Source: a virus. From it: a stretch of DNA of 64,000 nt. The notes under the pieces were generated by a model. It searched no databases. It was not told where the DNA came from and saw only the letters and a program-made list of their open reading frames with translations. This document shows positions 56,872 to 64,000 of this stretch, piece after piece. A program made the position numbers and the translations under genes. The first letter of the stretch is position 1. The number at the start of each line of letters is the position of its first letter. The DNA is taken from IMG/VR virus record IMGVR_UViG_3300017917_000199, positions 1-64,000 of that record. One strand, 5' to 3'.

Positions 56872-59800
56872 TTAAACTGCTGCCAATTCACCTGTATTCA
56901 AAATACGAACTGGGATATAGATGAATTCAGCTGCCTTGACAGGCTCAACTGCAACGTCAATCCATAGTTCATTTCTGTCAATTCTAGCTGGAGTGTTGTT
57001 ACTTTCGTCACAAACAACTAGATAGTCGTACAAGCCGCGTTTAGCAACTAAATCAATCATCAATGTTTCTACAACACCAGAGATTTCTTTACGTGTCAAC
57101 GCATCGTTAGGCTCGAATACAAACGGACGAGCAGCTAATGTTAACTGTCTACGTATGTAAGCAATTAATCGTGCAACGTTTGTTCTATCTAATGCAGATT
57201 GACTATTGAAACTTGTCTTGTTACCATAGTTCAACAAGCCAACACCAGTGAAGAATACTAATGGGTTGATGAAGTTAGTATATAAGATATCACGTATACC
57301 AATACGTGTCTTAATAGAAACAAACTCACCTGTTGCACTATCTACATAACCAATGCTAGATGCATTGTCAATGTTACCGCGGCGAGTGCCTGCTGCTGCT
57401 AACCAAGGATAAGCAATTGTGTCATTTCTGACAAATGTGCGTAACATCATGTGTGATGCAGGAACAGCAACTGAGTTACCTGACAAGTCTGTAGCAAGAC
57501 CACTTGGGTAGAATAGACCCATGTATGTATTGCGTGTTACTAGACCTTCTTCACCTGTGCTAGATGCACCTGCTGCGTTAGTGGCCCAATTTTGAATTGC
57601 TGTACCGCTATCAGCTAATCTCATTGGTGTGTCACCTAAGATATAGCAAGTTTCACCACGAGCACCGTTCAACTCAATCATATCTGGTTGTAGTTCAGGG
57701 TAGTTAGGTGTAGCCATTAAGTTGAAGAAGTTATCTTCGTCACGGATAGCTGTATTTGTAACGATAGCTGCCTTCAATGCTTGAACAACCATAGCACGTT
57801 GAGCTTGACGGCCCATGTATGGAGCGCCATTTGTCATATTACCGCTTACTGTCACCCATGTATCAGTATAAGTTGGTAATACAGAGTTAGGGAAACTATC
57901 TATGTTAAAATAGTTGGATCTGTATTGCTTTACGTTATAACCTGAACGGCGTGTGTTGAATAACAACATACCAGATGGATATAATGTTGGCTCAGGTGCG
58001 TCTAAATCAACGTTGTTGCTTGTTAACAAGCTAACAATTGTTGGGATAGGATCATCGATTGGGCTAATGCTATTTTGATTGCTAGACCAACGTGCATCGG
58101 CAAATACAATACCTGTTGACCCAGTGTTGTCAGTATTGTCAATTAAGACCCACTGATTTACACCGCTGACTGACTGCCAACGACTGATTACAGGGTAATT
58201 TTCTAAGTCACTGGTGTTGATCCATAAATCACCGTATTCTAATTGTGTACCATCAGACTGTGTTGTAGGCTCAGATGCGCTTACGATAGGTCCGTTAGGA
58301 TCAGTTAAGTTTGTACCAGTTGCTGTTGGGAAACCGCTACTATCATAGTTTCTGTTACCATAACCATACCAAGCACCGTTGTAGTTAACCATAATATCAA
58401 CTTGGTCAACAACACTATAGAACCAGTTTGTGTTATTAGCTGGAGCTACACCAGGAGCGCCTTCGTTTGCAGTGTATGTCATCTCTACCCAATTACTTAA
58501 TTGAGTTAAGTATACCGCTGAAGGTTCGCCTGAAATATATGTGACTGCTGTTGCAGCGCCGGCACTTACTGCTGTTACTTGTAAGACTAAATCATTTGCG
58601 GGAGTTGTTCCGCCTAAATCTGCTCCGCTAATCGTTACAGTATCACCTATAACGTAACCAGAACCACCGTCGCCGATTCCTGTTCCGTTTACAATATAAC
58701 TACCATATGAGTTAAGAATGTTAAATGTAGCAGAAGATCCGACACCGCTAGTACTATCCTGAACAATGCCAGTAAATGCTGCTGTAGATCCTGAACCGTA
58801 TCTTACTCCAGTGTCACCTACTATAAAACCTGCTTCGGTTATTAATCCAGATGACACGTTAGTTGAAACAAAACTACTATCAACAGTATCATCCATCATA
58901 ATTACGCCACCAGTTGTGTGTGTTAATTGTATAGAACCGTTTGTAGTTACTGTTGCAGTTGTGTAAGGAATATTTGCTGCTGCCCATGCTGTTACAAAAT
59001 CAGTAGCATCGCTGTTATCGGCTAATGTAAAATTGTATGGTCCGGATAATGTTGAAGAACCTGGCACTGAAACATAAACATTCATGTAATACGAAACAGT
59101 ATCAGGAGCAGCATCAAACGCTGGATTAGTTGTTGTTCCTGTTACAACTGTAGCTCCGGTAGCGATTCGTTCCCAGAAATATACAGGTGCTGTTCTAGCA
59201 GTACCATTGTAAAAATATTGTCCGTAAATTGTTCCTGCAGGAATAGCCTGGCCACCTGTAGCATCTAAGTCGTTAATTGCACCGGCATCGCTAGTAGCTA
59301 ATGTAACATTCTTTAAATTCCAAGTTTGGGTAGTACCATTGAATACCGACATTTTTGGATTTAAACCATTGCCTGCAGCGCCAACTTTAACCCATACTGA
59401 TCCAGTTGGGCGAGGTTGTGATTGACCAGTGGTCCATAATGGCATTTGTGCTGCTGTACCGTAACTTAGTAAAGGTTGATAGTAAGTTCCAGCTGTTATA
59501 CCTAAATCAGTTAATGCTGTTCCTGAAACATCAGAAAGATTAACGTTTCCGTTAGAAACTCCGGATGTAAGTATTTGACTAGAAAAAATACATAATTTAC
59601 CATTTCTAACTTCTGCTGATAGAGATGTCCATCCTAAATTATTAATTGCTGTTACAACACTTTCAGCATCAGCACCTACTGTGATAGTTGCAGTGTATAA
59701 ACCTGACATATCAATATCAAATGTATCACCGGGATTCAATGTAGGATTTGATGTTCCACCTTGAACTGTTGGAACATCATTTCTCCATGAGTTAGAACCA

Positions 59801-60444
59801 AGTACGACCCATGTGTTTGTTGTAGTTTTGTAATAGTATGTTCTGTTAGCACCATTAGGTTCTGTAGTAACTTCTAAAGCATTTACAGCATAGTCACCTA
59901 TGTTTCCGATACTTGCTAGAGGAAGGCCACCTGACATATCACTAGCCATAGTGATAACGATCGGTGTTTGTAATTCAAATGTACCAGTTGTAGCATTGAA
60001 TTCATAGATACCCCATGTGCTAGTTGTAGTGTCTAACCAATATGTGCCATTAGATGGTGTACCGACTGGACGACCAACTTGACCTACTAAACTTGCTAAA
60101 TCAATGTCAGCACGTAAAACGTAGCAACGATTGGTTACACCTAAAACACTGTAAGCTGCTAATAGACCATATTCATTTAATTCATAACCTTGAATAGGTG
60201 TACCATTGGTTGTAGTATAGAAGAACGGAGTTCCATACAAATCAACCAAATCACGCTGACTTGTTACTTGATATAATTTTCCTGCATTGGCTGCTGTTGT
60301 AGCTTGAGCAACACCTGTACCAGCAGCATTAGCTTTATTCTGTGCTGTTGCTAGAAGTACAAATGGGACGGAGTTGACTGGGGCTGGAAGATATTGACTT
60401 TGGTCAATGATTGATACTTCTACGCCTGGAGATGTTAATGCCAT
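56872..60444 (-). CDS. Contractile tail sheath protein (gp18-like) with large insertion
   Basis: SPGV N-terminus; PW.A.AG..RG, INP, G.KT, R.NV.RL, FEPND, CDESNN, EFIYI C-terminal motifs. Confidence 0.92.
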   Translation of the reverse strand: MALTSPGVEVSIIDQSQYLPAPVNSVPFVLLATAQNKANAAGTGVAQATTAANAGKLYQVTSQRDLVDLYGTPFFYTTTNGTPIQGYELNEYGLLAAYSVLGVTNRCYVLRADIDLASLVGQVGRPVGTPSNGTYWLDTTTSTWGIYEFNATTGTFELQTPIVITMASDMSGGLPLASIGNIGDYAVNALEVTTEPNGANRTYYYKTTTNTWVVLGSNSWRNDVPTVQGGTSNPTLNPGDTFDIDMSGLYTATITVGADAESVVTAINNLGWTSLSAEVRNGKLCIFSSQILTSGVSNGNVNLSDVSGTALTDLGITAGTYYQPLLSYGTAAQMPLWTTGQSQPRPTGSVWVKVGAAGNGLNPKMSVFNGTTQTWNLKNVTLATSDAGAINDLDATGGQAIPAGTIYGQYFYNGTARTAPVYFWERIATGATVVTGTTTNPAFDAAPDTVSYYMNVYVSVPGSSTLSGPYNFTLADNSDATDFVTAWAAANIPYTTATVTTNGSIQLTHTTGGVIMMDDTVDSSFVSTNVSSGLITEAGFIVGDTGVRYGSGSTAAFTGIVQDSTSGVGSSATFNILNSYGSYIVNGTGIGDGGSGYVIGDTVTISGADLGGTTPANDLVLQVTAVSAGAATAVTYISGEPSAVYLTQLSNWVEMTYTANEGAPGVAPANNTNWFYSVVDQVDIMVNYNGAWYGYGNRNYDSSGFPTATGTNLTDPNGPIVSASEPTTQSDGTQLEYGDLWINTSDLENYPVISRWQSVSGVNQWVLIDNTDNTGSTGIVFADARWSSNQNSISPIDDPIPTIVSLLTSNNVDLDAPEPTLYPSGMLLFNTRRSGYNVKQYRSNYFNIDSFPNSVLPTYTDTWVTVSGNMTNGAPYMGRQAQRAMVVQALKAAIVTNTAIRDEDNFFNLMATPNYPELQPDMIELNGARGETCYILGDTPMRLADSGTAIQNWATNAAGASSTGEEGLVTRNTYMGLFYPSGLATDLSGNSVAVPASHMMLRTFVRNDTIAYPWLAAAGTRRGNIDNASSIGYVDSATGEFVSIKTRIGIRDILYTNFINPLVFFTGVGLLNYGNKTSFNSQSALDRTNVARLIAYIRRQLTLAARPFVFEPNDALTRKEISGVVETLMIDLVAKRGLYDYLVVCDESNNTPARIDRNELWIDVAVEPVKAAEFIYIPVRILNTGELAAV

Positions 60445-60563
60445 TTTGTTTTTCCTTTATGTAAAATTATGAGGTTTACCACCTAAAAATGCATAAAAGT
60501 ATTTATTAAAAAAATCAAAAAAGACGGTTTAGTCGTGCCTTCGAAGGTGATACTAAATACAGT

Positions 60564-60917
60564 ATGAGTTTAAAGCGTCCTATATGTCCTGTGTGTAACA
60601 AAAACTACCGTGCTGTTAATTATAAGCGTGATGGTGTAACACATTACAGAAGCATGTGTGATGAATGCGGTAGAAAGAAAAATAAACTTAAACCTAGAAA
60701 ACCCAATTGGTCTAAAAATGGATACAAAAAGAAAACCACATGTGACTTATGTGGTTTCAAAAGTTTATTCTCCTCGCAGATAGCAGTGTTCTATATTGAC
60801 GGAGACTTAGAAAATGCTACACCAGCCAACCTCAGAAGCATATGCTTAAATTGTGTAGAAGTAGTTAAGCAAAAAGAAGTTAACTGGAAACGCGGAGATT
60901 TACAAGTTGACTATTGA
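60564..60917 (+). CDS. Zn-finger protein with degenerate HNH motif
   Basis: CPVC, CDEC, CDLC, YIDG...N...NL..ICLNC; TAAATA at 60554-60559. Confidence 0.7.
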   Translation: MSLKRPICPVCNKNYRAVNYKRDGVTHYRSMCDECGRKKNKLKPRKPNWSKNGYKKKTTCDLCGFKSLFSSQIAVFYIDGDLENATPANLRSICLNCVEVVKQKEVNWKRGDLQVDY

Positions 60918-61532
60918 TTTGATTTTTTGATGCAAGTCATCAATGGTTCCGTCGTTTTCAATATAGTGGTCATACTGTAATCCCACGCTAGAATATTCAC
61001 TTGCGTGTACGCCCAAACGAATCAAGTTTTCTTTACTGATTGCCCAAGTCATATTACCCCACTCACCCTTATTGTATGATACGGCATATTCGTACCAGTC
61101 AGGTTTAGGACCCCTAGAGATTCGCATTGTAGTACCGCCCACTGACTTGATAGCATTGACTTCATTAGCAAAACGACAGTCTGTAATAACAATATTATCT
61201 TTAGCTTGGCGTAATTTGTTCTCTACACTTGCAACCCAAATATCACTATGGAAGTTGTTACGTAGTACATCTGTTCCCCAGTACTGCAATACCCAACGCG
61301 GTGTGATTTCCATACCTAGACGATTACTCCACCATTCGTCCTTTTGTTCTCGCCATTCTCTACTTGTCTTAGTAGATCCTTCTAATAGTTCTCGGTCCCA
61401 TCCGAAAACTGAACTAACTGCGTCTTTCAATGACGCTGCAAAACTTACTCTTTTAAAACCATGGAATGTGCAAAGATAATCAGCAACAGTATCTTTGCCA
61501 GACCCAATAAAGCCGGTTACGCCTAAAATCAT
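60900..61532 (-). CDS. Deoxynucleoside monophosphate kinase (gp1-like)
   Basis: GFIGSGKDT, SFA..LK, PR..LQ..GT, DCRF.NE, HASE. Confidence 0.92.
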   Translation of the reverse strand: MILGVTGFIGSGKDTVADYLCTFHGFKRVSFAASLKDAVSSVFGWDRELLEGSTKTSREWREQKDEWWSNRLGMEITPRWVLQYWGTDVLRNNFHSDIWVASVENKLRQAKDNIVITDCRFANEVNAIKSVGGTTMRISRGPKPDWYEYAVSYNKGEWGNMTWAISKENLIRLGVHASEYSSVGLQYDHYIENDGTIDDLHQKIKSIVNL

Positions 61533-61539
61533 GTGGAAA

Positions 61540-61572
61540 CTCCTGTCAGAGATACTTATTCTATGACAGGAG
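61540..61572 (-). promoter_or_regulatory. RBS-sequestering hairpin with TAAGTA promoter-like loop
   Basis: Perfect 9-bp inverted repeat CTCCTGTCA/TGACAGGAG; SD AGGAG in the 3' arm. Confidence 0.65.
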
Positions 61573-61595
61573 CATGACGAAAGAAAGTGTTTAGG

Positions 61596-61961
61596 TTAAT
61601 CGGAATAATCTTCTAATTTTAAAATCATGTTTGGAAGAATATCACCCATGTACATACATTGGTCTGTTTCTCTAAGACTTTCTATCCAATTTTCTTCCGT
61701 AGTGTGATCTATGTCGCCCATCAATTTTGATTTATCTAATTTGTTGAGGTCTACCGTCACTAAGGTAATGTTGTCATAACCAGTTCTTTCTTGGTCAGAC
61801 TCAGCATATTCTAACGCAAGGTCGGGATTATCAGTCAAAAATACTGAGTGTTGTCTGCCAGCTTTCAAGCCATGTTTTTTTATAGTTTCAATTGATTCTG
61901 AGGTTCCGTGCCATAATATATTATGACCAGTATCTTCAAAAAGTATCTCGCTTATTCTCAT
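61596..61961 (-). CDS. ADP-ribosyltransferase-fold protein (HGT type)
   Basis: LWHGTS...I...GL...VFLT....A..YA; N-terminus MRISEILFE. Confidence 0.55.
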   Translation of the reverse strand: MRISEILFEDTGHNILWHGTSESIETIKKHGLKAGRQHSVFLTDNPDLALEYAESDQERTGYDNITLVTVDLNKLDKSKLMGDIDHTTEENWIESLRETDQCMYMGDILPNMILKLEDYSD

Positions 61962-61962
61962 G

Positions 61963-62766
61963 TTATCCTTGTACCCATGTTAATGGTTGACTGTAATCAA
62001 CATAACGCTTGAGTTCGTCAATTAGTTGTGCTTGCAATTCTCTACTTTCGTTCTTCATTGCTGTACCATTTAATGTTGTGCCACCGCCTGGCCCTGCAAT
62101 GCTACCAAACTTCTCACGTGCCTCACCGATGATACCCTTCAATACGGCTAAAGTAAAGTCACCAATCCAAACACCTGCACCTGGATCTTGTAACAACACT
62201 GTTTCAGGACGTTGAACATCAGCCCAAATAAGAATTCTTTCACCAGAACCCTTGAAGTCACGAACTAATCTCAATACCTTTGTGACAGGATCGAATGTAT
62301 AAATGACATAACCACCGAACATACGAGCAGCCAACTCGACATAACCAGCATAGAAGTCATATGTCGCCATACCACCTGTATAGTTGTAATTCAATAGGTA
62401 TGTGTTTAGAATCGCACTTGAGAATGGGTCAAAACTTGTAGAACTTGGACCTGTTTCAAAACCAACTGTTCGTCTGAAAACTGAACGAACATTAATGAAT
62501 TCTTGAGGCAATGTATAAGTGTCAACATTCTTAATGACTGTCATTAATGTGTAGGATTCAGCCGTAGCGTTTTGCGCTCTTTGGCGATAGATTTTGATTG
62601 CATAGTTATACGCAGCCTCAAAGTGCTGAGGATCTAATTCTAGGTCAATAATTCCATCGCCTAAACGATATTTCAAGTTTTGAAACAGTGCTTGTTTCAA
62701 TTCGTCTAGTGTTAGATTAGACGGAGTTGCTAAAATACTAGCTGTTTGATTTGTTGCTGTGGTCAT
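61963..62766 (-). CDS. Neck protein (gp13-like)
   Basis: RLG..II.LEL, KF..I..PGG...LNG C-terminal motif. Confidence 0.8.
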   Translation of the reverse strand: MTTATNQTASILATPSNLTLDELKQALFQNLKYRLGDGIIDLELDPQHFEAAYNYAIKIYRQRAQNATAESYTLMTVIKNVDTYTLPQEFINVRSVFRRTVGFETGPSSTSFDPFSSAILNTYLLNYNYTGGMATYDFYAGYVELAARMFGGYVIYTFDPVTKVLRLVRDFKGSGERILIWADVQRPETVLLQDPGAGVWIGDFTLAVLKGIIGEAREKFGSIAGPGGGTTLNGTAMKNESRELQAQLIDELKRYVDYSQPLTWVQG

Positions 62767-62769
62767 AGA

Positions 62770-62803
62770 GATTACCCGATAATGTAGTATTTATCAGGTA
62801 ATC
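62770..62803 (-). promoter_or_regulatory. 13-bp hairpin over the neck-gene initiation region with TAAATA at the apex
   Basis: GAUUACCUGAUAA/UUAUCGGGUAAUC with a U-G wobble on the minus strand; promoter 62788-62793. Confidence 0.6.
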
Positions 62804-63014
62804 AGTCTTTCAATATATCAAATACAGTCCCGTATTCGTATCTTTTCCAATCATCCATATCAACATATATATTGATACAACGGCGGTATACTGTCTTTAG
62901 CCACGTTCGTTTTCCATGAACTTTTACAGGATACCATGCAAACCATTTCTCCCAAGGATGTATTATTACCTTTCTGGGAGTATAGCCATATCTCGGGGGA
63001 GGATTATAATTCAA
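62802..63014 (-). CDS. Small hypothetical protein (paralog of 2108..2344)
   Basis: WFAWYPV..HGKRTWLK. Confidence 0.6.
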   Translation of the reverse strand: MNYNPPPRYGYTPRKVIIHPWEKWFAWYPVKVHGKRTWLKTVYRRCINIYVDMDDWKRYEYGTVFDILKD

Positions 63015-63016
63015 TG

Positions 63017-63892
63017 TTAACTCTTATCATAGGACCATTTCCAAGTGTATCCATCTTCAAGACCTAGCTTTTCACATAGTTCTTCTGTAAAAGTTCCGTC
63101 GATTCTTAATGTATATCGGAATACTGGTTCAGGATCTACACCATGATAATCTCTGTTGTTGAAGAAATAACTTTTAGCACCATTAGGAAGATAGTATTTT
63201 TCTTTTGTTTTTTCGTCCCATATAAAACTTGGGCGCCATCCACCGTCAAAGAACAGATTAATATTGTGGTCGCTATGTTCTGCAACTACACTATCTCTAT
63301 GAATAGTCACCCCAGCGTTTGGATAAGTCGTGAAAAACATGACCCTGCCTATATTTTTAAAGGGAAGGGTTTTTATGTATTCAAGTAATTTAGGAAAATG
63401 TTTACTTGCTTCAGTCCAATTATCGTTGTCTTTTGTTTTGTTTCGAAATTCGCTATGTTTTAAATATAATGCAAAGAACCATGGTATGACCGATCCCAAT
63501 GCAAAATACGCATACTTATATGCCACTTGCATTTTTTGCCCTTCAGGTGCTTTTTCTATTAACTCTAGTATAGCTTTTTTATGCACTCCGGAAGGATCTA
63601 TTTCAGAAAGATTTTTTAAAGTGTCAGACCAGCATCCATGATTATTATACTTCTTTTCTTCTTCCGGTGGAATGTCTCCGTAGACCATTCCCATTTTGTA
63701 ATCGTTGCTCAGTGCTAAACCCTGACAGCATTCAATATGCAATTCAGAATCCATGCTATGGTCAATATAGTTGTCCATAGAAATTATAGGGGTACGGGTC
63801 GTACCTACACCCCTCACACCAAATTCTTGGTAAGCAAAATGCGGTACCATAACATCTCCTATTTTATATAGAAGATGTTGTTGGTCTTTCAT
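63017..63892 (-). CDS. Putative Fe(II)/2OG-dependent dioxygenase (cupin fold)
   Basis: IHRD (HxD), YHGV and R...R motifs at the C-terminus. Confidence 0.5.
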   Translation of the reverse strand: MKDQQHLLYKIGDVMVPHFAYQEFGVRGVGTTRTPIISMDNYIDHSMDSELHIECCQGLALSNDYKMGMVYGDIPPEEEKKYNNHGCWSDTLKNLSEIDPSGVHKKAILELIEKAPEGQKMQVAYKYAYFALGSVIPWFFALYLKHSEFRNKTKDNDNWTEASKHFPKLLEYIKTLPFKNIGRVMFFTTYPNAGVTIHRDSVVAEHSDHNINLFFDGGWRPSFIWDEKTKEKYYLPNGAKSYFFNNRDYHGVDPEPVFRYTLRIDGTFTEELCEKLGLEDGYTWKWSYDKS

Positions 63893-64000
63893 AGGTCACC
63901 CTCTTTTCGGTTCTCACTGTAGAATGCATCAAAGTGTCCGCCCGGGTATCGTGATTCTAGCTTGGAAACATTTTCAGCAATCACATCATTGGGGTCGTAT
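63889..64000 (-). CDS. MazG-like nucleotide pyrophosphohydrolase, C-terminal end only
   Basis: Manual translation YDPNDVIAENVSKLESRYPGGHFDAFYSENRKEGDL* (N..KL..RYP). Confidence 0.7.
   Translation of the reverse strand, partial: YDPNDVIAENVSKLESRYPGGHFDAFYSENRKEGDL

Noticed and set aside
391-63641. Numerous plus-strand and nested ORFs in the ORF track (e.g. 1273..1590, 17613..18107, 22339..22851, 36643..37119, 40800..41315, 53461..53928)
   Set aside because: They are antisense or frameshifted shadows of well-supported minus-strand genes with no motifs or RBS; only phoH and 60564..60917 are accepted on the plus strand
1-64000. Stop-codon recoding, tRNA/rRNA genes, CRISPR arrays, IS elements
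   Set aside because: Genes are full-length under the standard code with TAA, TGA and TAG (42273) all used as stops; none of these elements was seen by eye in the short intergenic spaces

Overview
A 64 kb, AT-rich segment of a large T4-related (myovirus/jumbo-type) phage genome, about 95% coding and almost entirely on the minus strand, using the standard genetic code. From left to right: (1) 1-13.9 kb, a DNA-modification island: FolE, QueD, QueE, a second QueD-like protein, a TGT/DpdA-like transglycosylase, two GT-B glycosyltransferases, a GalE-like epimerase and a cytidylyltransferase, plus GlyA, a DadA-like flavoprotein, an EndoVII-type endonuclease and two histone-H1-like proteins; no QueC is seen. 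(2) 14-18.7 kb, replication genes (sliding clamp, family-B polymerase, mini-TilS). (3) 18.7-31.6 kb, putative head-packaged modular proteins with T4-like capsid-targeting N-termini, plus SNase, Dps and a Pho-box pstS cassette. (4) 32-43 kb, chaperone and auxiliary genes (ClpA, DnaJ, GroES, YccA, PhoH, clamp loader, holin, DnaE fragment). (5) 43.6-64 kb, virion genes (Ig protein, GH19 lysin, tail fibre, gp4, tail tube, tail sheath, neck), dNMP kinase and MazG. The most notable non-coding signals are a preQ1-I-riboswitch-like leader in front of queD, a structured folE leader, a GC-rich candidate ncRNA at 19.34-19.43 kb, widespread leaderless promoter-ATG architecture, RBS-sequestering hairpins with a late promoter at the apex, and unannotated micro-ORFs. 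All protein calls come from recognising motifs by eye; no database searches were run.
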